In this document: piece by piece, positions 40,193 through 50,326 of the stretch
How positions within the stretch are numbered: position 1 is the first letter of the stretch
Layout of the letters: the number at the start of each line of letters is the position of its first letter
Source: a plasmid
DNA length: 64,000 nucleotides
Direction: 5' to 3' (one strand)
Sequence record: NZ_CP104760.1
Position numbers and translations under genes: made by a program
Notes under the pieces: model-generated
What the model was told of the DNA's origin: nothing
Database searches by the model: none
The model's input: the letters and a program-made list of their open reading frames with translations, nothing else

Positions 40193-41506
40193 ATGGCGAA
40201 GGCAAAGAAACTGACCTATACCCTCGCCGCGTTAGCCGTAGTCGCGGCCATTGGCGTAACCGGCAGAATGTGGATGGTGATGGACAGCGCACGCTCGCAT
40301 GTGGCGGATGATAAGGTCAGACTGGCCGATTTCCACAGCAATGATGCAGATGCCATCAAGCGTGGCGAATATGTTATGCGCCTGGCGGACTGTGCTGCGT
40401 GCCACAATCCCGATTTCTCGGGCGGCTACAAGATCGATACGCCGTTTGGTGCGTTGCAAACCTCTAACATTTCGCCTGATCCTGAAACCGGTATCGGTAA
40501 CATGACCGAACGCGACTTCTTCAATGCGGTCCGCCAGGGACGTGGCCAACACGGTTTCCTCTACCCGGCGATGCCTTACACCGCTTATACGCAGATGAGC
40601 GATGCAGACATGCACGATCTCTGGGCCTATTTCTCCACGCAGAAGCCGGTGAAAAAGGCCGTCGACGAAAATGCGGGCATGAACTTTCCCTATAATATTC
40701 GTCTGGCGATGGCAGGCTGGAATCTGTTGTTCTTTGATAATAAAGCCTTTGAACCGCAGAGCGAGCAGAACGACGTCTGGAATCGCGGCAAATATATCGT
40801 TGACGGACCAGCGCACTGTAGCGTTTGCCACACCGCGCGTAATGCACTGGGTGGAGAGATCAGCAGCCACTATCTGCAGGGCGGCAAGCTGGGCACGTGG
40901 TACGCACCGGATATCTCGCCAAATCCCCATGCGGGCATTGGTCAGTGGAGCGATGAACAGATTACGGATTATCTGAAAACCGGCTCCAACGGTGAAAGCG
41001 TCGCTGCAGGACCGATGGCAGAAGCCGTTGAACACTCGACGCAGTATTTCAACGATCAGGATCTCAAAGCCATCGCCACCTATCTGCGTAGCCTGCCTGC
41101 CTCCGCCACGGCTAAACCCGTTGCGTTCGTGATGGATAAAGCACGTCACGATCAGGCGGCACTGCGCTATGAAGTGGACTGCTCTGCCTGTCACGGCTTG
41201 TCAGGAGAAGGTATCACCGGCATGGTGCCAGCCTTTGCCGGTAATACCGCGATGCAGAACGATCCTACCAATATGATCCATGCTTTGCTGCAAGGTGCTC
41301 GCGCGCCATATACCGAAGGGCGTCCAACGTCTGCCGGTATGCCTGCATTCTCCTGGAAGCTGAACGATCAGGAGATGGCTGATGTACTCAACTACGTCCG
41401 CAATTCATGGGGTAATAAAGCCGCTGAGGTCAAAGCAAGCGACGTCACTATGCTACGAAAAGCTACCGAAGCAGGTGATAAGCTGAAAGCGCCTGCGATT
41501 AAGTAA
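40193..41506 (+). CDS. Tri-haem cytochrome c subunit of a membrane dehydrogenase
   Basis: Three CxxCH motifs (CAACH, CSVCH, CSACH) and an N-terminal membrane anchor. Starts 3 bp after the flavoprotein stop. Confidence 0.85.
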   Translation: MAKAKKLTYTLAALAVVAAIGVTGRMWMVMDSARSHVADDKVRLADFHSNDADAIKRGEYVMRLADCAACHNPDFSGGYKIDTPFGALQTSNISPDPETGIGNMTERDFFNAVRQGRGQHGFLYPAMPYTAYTQMSDADMHDLWAYFSTQKPVKKAVDENAGMNFPYNIRLAMAGWNLLFFDNKAFEPQSEQNDVWNRGKYIVDGPAHCSVCHTARNALGGEISSHYLQGGKLGTWYAPDISPNPHAGIGQWSDEQITDYLKTGSNGESVAAGPMAEAVEHSTQYFNDQDLKAIATYLRSLPASATAKPVAFVMDKARHDQAALRYEVDCSACHGLSGEGITGMVPAFAGNTAMQNDPTNMIHALLQGARAPYTEGRPTSAGMPAFSWKLNDQEMADVLNYVRNSWGNKAAEVKASDVTMLRKATEAGDKLKAPAIK

Positions 41507-42214
41507 TCAGTCTCTGTGGGCAGCCATGCGGCTGCCCAGTTAATGCCCGGCACACTGTGTCATTCCCCTTACCGAAGCGGATGCTATTTGCATCGCTTTC
41601 TCCGCATCAGTGCTCTTCAATTTTCCTCCCGCTTCACAATGCGGCTTTCTGCCAACAGGGTTGCCATATTTTCTGACTGCGCGGAATACACCAGGAACGC
41701 TGAATCATCAGGTGGGTGGGATTCATTTAAGTTAAGCCTGCTAAATTCGGTATGACTCCCGTTGTAAAATAACGCATCGAAACGTAACTGCGTTGTCGTT
41801 AATTGATACCGCGTTAAGCTGCATAGCAGATATTGCTGTTTTTCAATTTTTAAGATTAAAGCGCAGGTAATGGCAAAAAACTGCTTAATTAAACCACGAG
41901 GAAGGGTTGAATTTTAGACAAATCCAAAAGTGTGACAAGGATCAAATTTAAAATTTTGACGTTTTACAAAAAACAATATTCTTCACATGTCAACGTCAAT
42001 GAAATGAATTTGTGGTTATTAATCAACAGGTTATTATTTATTATAAAGCAATAATGATGACTACGTGCTTAAAATCACGTGTAAGAATAGCGGCATAGTT
42101 ATTTAAGCCACCCGACCACCGGTCTCTGTTCAGGCTTGTCGCGATAAGCCTGCAGAATAACGTTTTCCTCAATCAAGGAACCCACTATGATGTTGGTGAC
42201 TTTATCTGGAGGCG

Positions 42215-43684
42215 ATGATGCAAAATAATCGCCGCTGTAATGCCCGCTATGTTTATTCGCTGTGCTGTATCGCCACGCTAGGTGGCGTAATGTTCGGCTA
42301 TTCCACCGGCGTAATCTCGGGCACCGTAGATTCCATTCAGGCTCATTTCCAGCTCGATCCGTCACAAACCGGCTGGGTAGTATCCAGCATTTTCGTTGGC
42401 TGCATCATTGGATCTTTAGCGGCGGGAAAACTGGCGGAAAAGCTAGGGCGAAAGCCCGTGCTGATGCTGGCGACGATTGCTTTTGCGCTTTCTGCTGTCG
42501 GTTCAACCTTTGCGGACTCTTTTACGCTTTTCTCTGCGGCGCGCATTGTCGCGGGTTTAGGCATCGGTCTCGCCGGAACCGTGGCCCCCATGTATATGGG
42601 TGAAATTGCTCCTGCCAGCATTCGCGGTAAAGCCTCGGGAATATTCAACCTTTCACTGGTAGGGTCACAAACGCTGGTATTCCTGGTGAATTACCTGATT
42701 GGCCGTGGCATGTCTGAGGCCTGGCTAATTGATGAGGGCTGGCGCTGGATGATGGGGGCGCAGTTTGTGCCGGTAGCAATGATGCTGTTCTGTACCCTTA
42801 TCCTGCCGGAATCGCCGCAGTGGTGTATCAACCATCAGCAGGGTGAACGAGCGCTACGTGTGCTTGAAAAAATCTACCCCGATCTCAACAAAGAAGAAGC
42901 CCGGCAGATCATCTCCGTGCGCAGCGAATCGAAAAACGCCGGGAAAGGCAGCGGCTCGCTGCGGTATATCTGGCAAATGCCGGTACTGCGCTACGCACTT
43001 ATTGTGGGCTGTACTATTGCCGTCCTGCAGCAACTCACGGGGGCCAGCATTGTGATGTATTATGCCCCTCTGATCCTCAACACGGGCGAGATGGCCAAAG
43101 ATACGCTGCTGTTCCAGACTATTTTTATCGGTCTGCTCAACGCGATGGGGGCGTTTATCGCCATGAATCTTTATGACCGCTTTGGGCGTTTACCGGTCAT
43201 GAAGCTGGGCACCGTCGGCGCAATCATCGCCCTGCTGCTGCTCTCATGGAGTATGTACACGCAGCAGAGCGGATACCTTGCCATTATATCGGCCCTGCTG
43301 TTTATGATGATGTTCGCCATCAGCTGGGGGGCAGGATGCTGGGTGCTGATTTCAGAAATCTTCCCACCACGAATCAAAAGCTATGCGATGGGGCTGGCGG
43401 TGAGTTTAATGTGGATCTTCAACTTCCTGGTCACGCAGTTTTTCCCGGTTCTGAATGAAATCCCGGCGTTACAACAGGCATTTCACGGCGCATTCTCTTT
43501 CTGGATTTTCGCCGCCATCAATCTGTTCTGCCTGATATTCCTGCTGCGCTTCGTACCGGAAACGCGAGGTGTCGCGCTGGATGATATAGAGCAGCTGCTG
43601 GCCAGCCGTATGAACCCTGTCAGCGCTTCCTCAACTGTCCCGATGGCATCGACAGCTACCAACAATATGGAAGGTAAATCATGA
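42215..43684 (+). CDS. MFS sugar porter family transporter
   Basis: GVMFGYSTGVISG N-terminus, GRKPVLM loop and PESPQW motif typical of sugar porters. 12 TM helices. Confidence 0.8.
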   Translation: MMQNNRRCNARYVYSLCCIATLGGVMFGYSTGVISGTVDSIQAHFQLDPSQTGWVVSSIFVGCIIGSLAAGKLAEKLGRKPVLMLATIAFALSAVGSTFADSFTLFSAARIVAGLGIGLAGTVAPMYMGEIAPASIRGKASGIFNLSLVGSQTLVFLVNYLIGRGMSEAWLIDEGWRWMMGAQFVPVAMMLFCTLILPESPQWCINHQQGERALRVLEKIYPDLNKEEARQIISVRSESKNAGKGSGSLRYIWQMPVLRYALIVGCTIAVLQQLTGASIVMYYAPLILNTGEMAKDTLLFQTIFIGLLNAMGAFIAMNLYDRFGRLPVMKLGTVGAIIALLLLSWSMYTQQSGYLAIISALLFMMMFAISWGAGCWVLISEIFPPRIKSYAMGLAVSLMWIFNFLVTQFFPVLNEIPALQQAFHGAFSFWIFAAINLFCLIFLLRFVPETRGVALDDIEQLLASRMNPVSASSTVPMASTATNNMEGKS

Positions 43685-44505
43685 TTAAGGCCCTGCACGG
43701 CATCTCTACGCATTATTGCAACGTGGTCACGGAAACCCGCATTGCGGCTGAAACTGGCTATGATGGACTGGAGTTTTTGCACTATAAGCTGTTGCGCTAT
43801 CTTGATAATGGCGGCACTACTGCGGCGCTTAATAAGCTGGTCAAGGGTTATGGTTTGCAAACATCTTGCCTGAATGCGCTGATTGATATTGAGCGACATC
43901 AGGAGGGTGAAAAGCAGCAGTTACTGGCTGAAGCAACGCGCTTAACGCAGATTGCCGCCGATCTGGAGTGTCCGACCATCCAGATCCTCGCCCAGCACGG
44001 CATTGATCATCTCCCGGAATCGCAGATCCTCGATATCATGACCGAAAACATTTCAGAGATCGCCACTATCGGTCAGCGCTATGGCGTGCGCTATCAGATA
44101 GAGGTAATTGCTCATACAAAATTCAATACGCTGAACCAGGCGCTGGAAGTGATCCGCCGCATTGATAAGCCTAACGTGGGCGTCGTCATTGATTTCTGGC
44201 ATCTCTTTGCCACCGGGCAAACTACGCCGGATGATATTCGTCAGCTCGATCCTTCTCTGATATTTGGCGTGCACTTCTGCGACGGCCGCAAGCCTAATCC
44301 CGGTGAAGCGTGGGAGGAAACAGTGCTACGGGCGTATATGCCAGGCGAAGGCGATATTGATGTTCAGGCATGGACTGATGCCGTTAAAGCTACCGGTTTT
44401 GATGGCGTTTGGTCCGCTGAGCTATTTAGTCCGGCTCGCTGGGAAATGGATCATGCAGAACTGGCAAAACAGGTTATTGATAACATGAATCATTATATTA
44501 AGTGA
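43681..44505 (+). CDS. Sugar phosphate isomerase/epimerase (xylose-isomerase-like TIM barrel)
   Basis: 274 aa. Overlaps the MFS stop by 4 nt. Conserved His/Asp/Glu metal ligands are spaced as in the AP-endonuclease-2/xylose-isomerase-like fold (..IDFWHLF.., ..FGVHFCD..). Confidence 0.7.
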   Translation: MIKALHGISTHYCNVVTETRIAAETGYDGLEFLHYKLLRYLDNGGTTAALNKLVKGYGLQTSCLNALIDIERHQEGEKQQLLAEATRLTQIAADLECPTIQILAQHGIDHLPESQILDIMTENISEIATIGQRYGVRYQIEVIAHTKFNTLNQALEVIRRIDKPNVGVVIDFWHLFATGQTTPDDIRQLDPSLIFGVHFCDGRKPNPGEAWEETVLRAYMPGEGDIDVQAWTDAVKATGFDGVWSAELFSPARWEMDHAELAKQVIDNMNHYIK

Positions 44506-44551
44506 TTAGCATTAATTTGAGTTGTCCTGCATCCCTATTCCGCTAACCTTT

Positions 44552-44586
44552 TAGCCAGCCTTATTTATGGCTGGCTAAAATTTTAT
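44552..44586. terminator. Bidirectional rho-independent terminator between convergent genes
   Basis: TAGCCAGCC-ttatttat-GGCTGGCTA followed by AAATTTTAT. Confidence 0.55.
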
Positions 44587-44633
44587 ATCGGTGAAGCTTT
44601 AGCTATTAAGCCTGCTCGGTTTGCGTCCTGTGA

Positions 44634-45728
44634 TTACTCATGCAAACGGAACCGGTAAATCATCCAGGGCGCTTTGGTGGCGTCTTTGCCGCCGTTATTA
44701 CTGCTGGTTAATTCCATCTGCGGAGCAGGGACATAGACCCAGCCTTTCTCAATGACCAGAGCGTCAGGAGAGAGTAAACGATCGTCCTGAATCAATACTT
44801 CTTTTTTGCCGTCAGGCCTCAGAACATCAACCGATCGGTTTTCAACGTTAGAAAGATAAATATTGCCCAGCGCATCTATTGCTGAGCCACCTGTTGAGGG
44901 AATATCTGCCACTTTTTGGATCTGGCGCTCCAGCGTAGCGTCGTCCAGAGATGCATCCCGCAGCGCCGCAGTGCTTACGCGATAAAGGGGCCCGGTAGGG
45001 GTGGCAAAATAGAGCCACATGCCGTCTGCTGAAACCTCGATAACATCGCTGTGAACGGCTGGACGGGTTCCGCTTTTATCCTGCAATACTCTCCCCCTGA
45101 ATCCTTTCTGATCCAGGTCGTCGGGCTTGCGCAATAGCGTCGATTTCGACAGCCTGCGCAGCGTGCGGCCATTCTGCAAATCATGAATAATGATACCGCC
45201 GAGGCCGGAATCGGTGACGTAAATAAAATGCTGGTGTATACGCAAATCGTTTGGCGCGCCGCCTTGCGGCAGGGCCTGTTCATCAAAACGTATTAGCTGT
45301 TGCTGTTCGCCACTGTGAATATCAAAAGCGACCAGCTTTGCTGCGCCTTTGGCCGCTTTTTCTCCCTGTGGCGCACCCTGGTCAACCACCCACAAGAGAT
45401 TGTCTGCAAATATATGGCAGGCATTGACGTTAACCAGACTATTAAGCCCATCCTCACCAGGCTGCCATTTATTCCACTGATTACCTGGAAACGGAACTGG
45501 ACCCGATTTTGTCACGCGCGCAAGGGCAGGAGATGCAATATGTCCCTGTAAGCGGGGGAAATTAAGGAAATAATCGTCGTTTGATGAAACAGCTATTCCA
45601 TTCGCCAGCCAGGGAGAGGTTGCTACCACTTCTAAACCGGGTTTCAGCAGAGCATCGGCAGCGGCAATCGCGGACTTTGCCATACACATTGCCGCTACTC
45701 CGCCGACAATAAATTCACGTCTTTGCAC
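44634..45728 (-). CDS. Tat-exported periplasmic protein, probably a beta-propeller (SMP-30/gluconolactonase-like or MRJP/yellow-like); function unknown
   Basis: Twin-arginine signal MQRREFIVGGVAAMCMAKSAIAA. 364 aa. The propeller is inferred only from repetitive hydrophobic/Gly/Asp pattern blocks, so this call is weak. Confidence 0.45.
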   Translation of the reverse strand: MQRREFIVGGVAAMCMAKSAIAAADALLKPGLEVVATSPWLANGIAVSSNDDYFLNFPRLQGHIASPALARVTKSGPVPFPGNQWNKWQPGEDGLNSLVNVNACHIFADNLLWVVDQGAPQGEKAAKGAAKLVAFDIHSGEQQQLIRFDEQALPQGGAPNDLRIHQHFIYVTDSGLGGIIIHDLQNGRTLRRLSKSTLLRKPDDLDQKGFRGRVLQDKSGTRPAVHSDVIEVSADGMWLYFATPTGPLYRVSTAALRDASLDDATLERQIQKVADIPSTGGSAIDALGNIYLSNVENRSVDVLRPDGKKEVLIQDDRLLSPDALVIEKGWVYVPAPQMELTSSNNGGKDATKAPWMIYRFRLHE

Positions 45729-45994
45729 AGGCTCTCCTTATTTAATTTGCGAGCTTCAGCCTTTCAACTCAATGTGTTGCGTCCTTTGTCTGGTTTTTTA
45801 AAACAGAACTGAACCTCTCTTAAGCACGTTTAAGTCTGGCATAAATGTGATATTTGTCACATGCATAGCCACTTCTTATGACTGTGCCACACTCATTATG
45901 TGCGTGCGGCAGGCGCATAAATAAAGGCGCTTAATACCACTGAATAAGCAAAGGCCTTCACTGAACGGATCTTATGATTTAAGGGGAGAGAGGC

Positions 45995-46759
45995 ATGCAG
46001 TCTATACCATTATGGGTTCAGGCCGGGTTCTGGGGGTTTGTTTCAGGTTTTGCACTGGTTATCGGGGCGGCAGTGGCTTATTTTATTGCAGTTCCGCAAC
46101 GTATGATTGCCAGCATTATGGCTTTTGGCAGTGGGGTACTGATTTCCGCTCTGTCATTTGAATTAATGGATGAAGCATATAAAACCGGTGGGTTTGACTC
46201 TACCGCAGCTGGCTTCATAGGGGGCGCGGCAGTATACACGCTGGCCAGCTATATAGTTGCAAAGCGGGGAGGACGACACCGCAAACGTTCAGGCGGTAAG
46301 CAGCCCTCTGAGCAGGAGCAGGATGGCAGCGGAATGGCGATCGCGGTCGGGGCTTTGCTGGACGGCATCCCGGAATCAATAGTGATTGGTCTCTCTATGC
46401 TTCATGGCGGAGCCGTGAGCGTGGTTGCAGTCATTGCCATTTTTCTTTCAAACATACCCGAAGGGCTCTCCAGCGCGGCTGGCATGAAGAAAGCGGGGCG
46501 CTCAGCGCGTTATATTTTTGGCGTATGGGCAGGAATTGCCGTTATATCAGGCTTCGCCGCGCTGGCAGGTTATACCGTTTTCCAGGGTTTTTCAGCCGAC
46601 GTGGTGGCTGCTACCACAGCCGTCGCAGCCGGAGCTATTCTTGCCATGCTGGTAGATACGATGATCCCTGAAGCCTTTGAAGTGACCCATGACTATGCCG
46701 GGCTCATTACCGTCTGCGGTTTCCTTGCCGCCTTCATTCTCAGTAAGCTGGGCGGCTGA
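45995..46759 (+). CDS. ZIP family divalent metal transporter (ZupT/GufA-like)
   Basis: 254 aa with 8 TM helices. Has a His-rich cytoplasmic loop (GGRHRKRSGG) and conserved TM4/TM5 metal-site residues (..HGGAVS..NIPEGL..). Confidence 0.75.
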   Translation: MQSIPLWVQAGFWGFVSGFALVIGAAVAYFIAVPQRMIASIMAFGSGVLISALSFELMDEAYKTGGFDSTAAGFIGGAAVYTLASYIVAKRGGRHRKRSGGKQPSEQEQDGSGMAIAVGALLDGIPESIVIGLSMLHGGAVSVVAVIAIFLSNIPEGLSSAAGMKKAGRSARYIFGVWAGIAVISGFAALAGYTVFQGFSADVVAATTAVAAGAILAMLVDTMIPEAFEVTHDYAGLITVCGFLAAFILSKLGG

Positions 46760-47210
46760 ACAGACCACAGACAGAGAAGAGACCGCAGGGGCTGAAGTCA
46801 TAGCCGTATCGACGGCTGGTGAATAAATCAGTTTTATCGGTATGGCTCCAGCCTGTCACTCAGAAAATGTCATATCTGTATGAACTCCATACAGAGGCAT
46901 CAGCTCTTACAGGGGCGTTTTTTTACGAGCCTACAGCCGCTTTCTGCTTTGCCTTTCGAAGCCCGTAGCCTTCCTGCATGCTTCTTGCTTAAAAGGCATG
47001 ACGCTTGCCACAGGCTTTTGAACGGATTCGGCATCTTACAGGTGCTTAAAGTTCGTTTAATCATTGTTATGTTAAATTGCGCATGATGGATGAAGAAAAC
47101 CGGCCGATTAAAGCAAAAGTAACGGGCGTAACGTCGATGACAAATCAGGAAAGAAACGCCGGTCATTGCCGGCGTTAACATAAAAATCATTGGGACCGAA
47201 ACGTAAGCCC

Positions 47211-48533
47211 CTACTGATGCGGCTGGCCGGTATTTGGCTCGTTCTCCTTGTTCGGATCTTTTCTCTCAACGGTAGAGATATTCTTACGTAGCTTTTGAAC
47301 CTGTTCTGCCGTCACTGCTGGCGCCTGGTTGCCCCAGCTTTCACGCACAAAGGTCAGCAGATCAGCCACCTGCTGATCATCCAGACGCCAGGCGAAATCC
47401 GGCATAGTCAGACCGGTCACGGCCTCTTTTGTCACCGCCATTTTGCCGCCACGCAGCACAATACTGATTAGCGAAGCAGGATCGTCGCTCAGCACCGCGC
47501 TATTATGCGCCAGCGCCGGGAACGTCTTCGCATAGCCCTTGCCATCGATGCGGTGGCAGGCTGAGCAATTATCCATATACTCCTGCGCGCCGCGATGGCT
47601 CATATCGCCTTTTATCAGCGCTGCCGTGGTGTTATCGTCCGCAGCTGGCGTGGCTGAATCCGCTCTGGCCGCTTTCAGCGACTTCAGATAGGTAGCCATC
47701 GCTTTCAGATCGGCATCGCTAAGATGCTGAGTGCTGTGTTCAATCACATCCGTCATTGAGCCGAAAGCGGCAGTGGTATCGGTACGTCCGGTTCGCAGGA
47801 AGGTGACGATCTCTGCCGGCTGCCAGTTGCCGAGGCCACTTTTCAGGCTGCCGGTAAGGTCCGGCGCGTGCCATCCTTCCAGCGTGCCGCCAGTAAGATA
47901 AGCGGCCTCTTTTTGATCCAGCGCCTTCTCCTGGAAAGCGATACCGCGCGGAGTATGGCAGGTGCCGCAGTGCTCAAGTCCCTGCACCAGGTAAGCGCCA
48001 CGGTTCCATTCAGCGCTCTGCCCACTGTCTGGCTGAAATACCTTATCGTCATGAAAAACGATATTCCAGGCTGCCAGCGGCCAGCGCATGTTGAGCGGCC
48101 AGGGAATATCGCTGTCGCGATTGGTCTGCCTGACGGGCTTAACTTCCCGCATAAAGTAGTCATACAGCGCGTGCATGTCTGCGTCATTAATTTTGGCGAA
48201 AGCGGTATAGGGCATTGCCGGATAAAGATGATGACCATCTTTCGCTATCCCCTCACGCAGTGCTTTAGCAAAGTCAGCATAACTGTATTCGCCGATTCCG
48301 GTGGCTTTATCGGGCGTAATATTGGTGCTGTAAATCGCCCCCACCGGTGTCGACATCTTCAGCCCGCCGCTGAAAGGTTCTGCTCCTGCTGCCGTATGAC
48401 AGGCAACACAGTCCCCAGCTGTTGCCAGATATTCTCCTTTGCTGACGTTACCGTTGCTGTCTGCTGCATGGCTGACAAGAGGTAACAGGGTCAGGGATAA
48501 CAAAGGGATCAATTTTTTTAAACGCATGTTCAT
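47211..48533 (-). CDS. Tri-haem cytochrome c subunit (paralogue of 40193..41506)
   Basis: Three CxxCH motifs (CVACH, CGTCH, CSACH). 440 aa. Signal/anchor at the N-terminus. Confidence 0.85.
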   Translation of the reverse strand: MNMRLKKLIPLLSLTLLPLVSHAADSNGNVSKGEYLATAGDCVACHTAAGAEPFSGGLKMSTPVGAIYSTNITPDKATGIGEYSYADFAKALREGIAKDGHHLYPAMPYTAFAKINDADMHALYDYFMREVKPVRQTNRDSDIPWPLNMRWPLAAWNIVFHDDKVFQPDSGQSAEWNRGAYLVQGLEHCGTCHTPRGIAFQEKALDQKEAAYLTGGTLEGWHAPDLTGSLKSGLGNWQPAEIVTFLRTGRTDTTAAFGSMTDVIEHSTQHLSDADLKAMATYLKSLKAARADSATPAADDNTTAALIKGDMSHRGAQEYMDNCSACHRIDGKGYAKTFPALAHNSAVLSDDPASLISIVLRGGKMAVTKEAVTGLTMPDFAWRLDDQQVADLLTFVRESWGNQAPAVTAEQVQKLRKNISTVERKDPNKENEPNTGQPHQ

Positions 48534-48548
48534 TATCTTCCCTCCTTG

Positions 48549-50324
48549 TTATGCCTGAACCAAAGGTCCGGGGTTGGCCAGATACCGTGTACGAATCGCG
48601 TGCGCGGCGAAAAGCGCCGTCGCGCCTACGATGCCGGTCGGGTTGTACGCCAGGTTCTGCGGGAAACAGCAGGCGCCTAACACGAACAGATTAGGTACAT
48701 CCCAGCTCTGCAGGTACTTGTTCACCACGCTGTTTTTGGGGTTGTCGCCCATCACGGCGCCGCCAGTCGTGTGGGTGGACTGATAGGGACGCACATCGTA
48801 ATGCGCTTTCATGCTTTTGAAGCCCATTTCGTAAGACTTCGGCCCAATCTGCCTGGTAATTTCTTCTGCCTTAGTGCCGACAAAATGCGTCATCTTCAGC
48901 TCATTTTCCTGCCAGTCGAATGTCATGCGCAGCAGGGGCTGGCCGTGAATATCTTTATAGGTTGGATCGAGATCGAGATAGCACTGTTTGTAAGGCATCA
49001 CAGAGCCTGAGGAGCCGACGTTCATGGTGTGCAGATAAGCGTCTTTGATGGCCTGTTTCCAGCCGGAACCCCACTTAGGCGCATGAGCAGAAATGCCCAG
49101 CTGCTGAATCGGGCGCCCGCCGGTAATGGTGGCAGAGATCGTCGCGCCGCCAACGAAACCCAGCGCAGAGTGGTCGAAGTTTTCGGCGTTAAAATTGTCG
49201 ATAAACATCCCGGTGGCGCCCGTCGCGGCAAAGGGGTTAAACCGCGTCTCGTTGTCAAAGAAGAGTTTCACCCCGCCGTTCATCTGATAAGCATAATTAC
49301 GGCCCACGACGCCTTCGCCTGTGACAGGGTTGTAAGGCTTGCCGATTTGCGAAAGCAGCAACAGCCGCACGTTATGTAACTGGAAGGCGCTTAGTACCAC
49401 CAGGCTGGCGGGCTGCTCGACCTCCTGGCCGTTAGCATCAATATAAGTCACACCTGTGGCTTGCTTTCCGGTTGAGTCGGTATTGACCCGTAAGACATGC
49501 GCCTGTGTGCGTAGCTCAAAGTTTTTGTACTGATAGAGCGCCGGCAGTACGCAGGACTGCGGGGAGGCTTTGGAGTAGTTGTAACAGCCGAAGCGTTCGC
49601 AAAAACCGCAGTAGTTACAAACGCCTAACTGTACGCCGTAGGGGTTGGTATAAGGTTCGGAACAGTTGGCTGCTGGCACCGGAAAGGGATCATATCCCAG
49701 CTCTTTAGCCGCTTTGCTGAACAGAATGCCTGAATATTGCTGCTTGAGCGCTCTGGTGGGATAAGGGTTGTTTCGCGGTGCCTCGAATGGATTCCCCCCT
49801 TCGACTTTTTCGCCGTTGAGATTTCCGGCCTGACCCGCGGTGCCGCATATTTTTTCGAACTTATCGAAATAAGGCTCCATCTCTTCATAAGTAAAGGGGT
49901 AATCCTGCACGGTCATATCGGCAGGAATGAAATCCGCGCCGTACTTTTCAATCACAGTGCTGCGCATTTTGAGGTCCGCTTCCAGCGGCCGCCATAACAT
50001 GCCGTTCCAGTGTACGCCCGCTCCGCCTACCCCATCTCCGGGTAGAAAAGAACCAAAGCGGCGATATGGCAAAGCCGTTTCGCTGGAGGTATGGCGTACG
50101 GTAACGGTTTCTTTAGAGGCGTTCTGAAACAGCTTGAGGCGTACGCCATAGGTCAGTTCATCAACGATGCGCGGATAGGCAAAATCAGGATAGGTATCGC
50201 GCTGTTCACCGCGCTCCAGCGCAAGAATTTTGAGTCCCGTATCGGCAAGCTCCATCGCCATCAGCGAGCCTGTCCAGCCAAAGCCGACGATAACCACATC
50301 AACCGGATCTTTTTTGATCGCCAT
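48549..50324 (-). CDS. GMC-family FAD flavoprotein dehydrogenase, large subunit (paralogue of 38421..40190)
   Basis: FAD site DVVIVGFGWTGSLMAMEL. 591 aa. Roughly 50% identical to the other copy on visual alignment. Confidence 0.85.
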   Translation of the reverse strand: MAIKKDPVDVVIVGFGWTGSLMAMELADTGLKILALERGEQRDTYPDFAYPRIVDELTYGVRLKLFQNASKETVTVRHTSSETALPYRRFGSFLPGDGVGGAGVHWNGMLWRPLEADLKMRSTVIEKYGADFIPADMTVQDYPFTYEEMEPYFDKFEKICGTAGQAGNLNGEKVEGGNPFEAPRNNPYPTRALKQQYSGILFSKAAKELGYDPFPVPAANCSEPYTNPYGVQLGVCNYCGFCERFGCYNYSKASPQSCVLPALYQYKNFELRTQAHVLRVNTDSTGKQATGVTYIDANGQEVEQPASLVVLSAFQLHNVRLLLLSQIGKPYNPVTGEGVVGRNYAYQMNGGVKLFFDNETRFNPFAATGATGMFIDNFNAENFDHSALGFVGGATISATITGGRPIQQLGISAHAPKWGSGWKQAIKDAYLHTMNVGSSGSVMPYKQCYLDLDPTYKDIHGQPLLRMTFDWQENELKMTHFVGTKAEEITRQIGPKSYEMGFKSMKAHYDVRPYQSTHTTGGAVMGDNPKNSVVNKYLQSWDVPNLFVLGACCFPQNLAYNPTGIVGATALFAAHAIRTRYLANPGPLVQA

Positions 50325-50326
50325 GA

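Noticed and set aside
40232-41194. 320-aa ORF antisense to the cytochrome c gene. The same pattern occurs at 47868..48485, 31496..32119, 32579..33100, 22345..22869 and 38748..39266
   Set aside because: All are embedded antisense in well-supported CDSs and have no independent signals.
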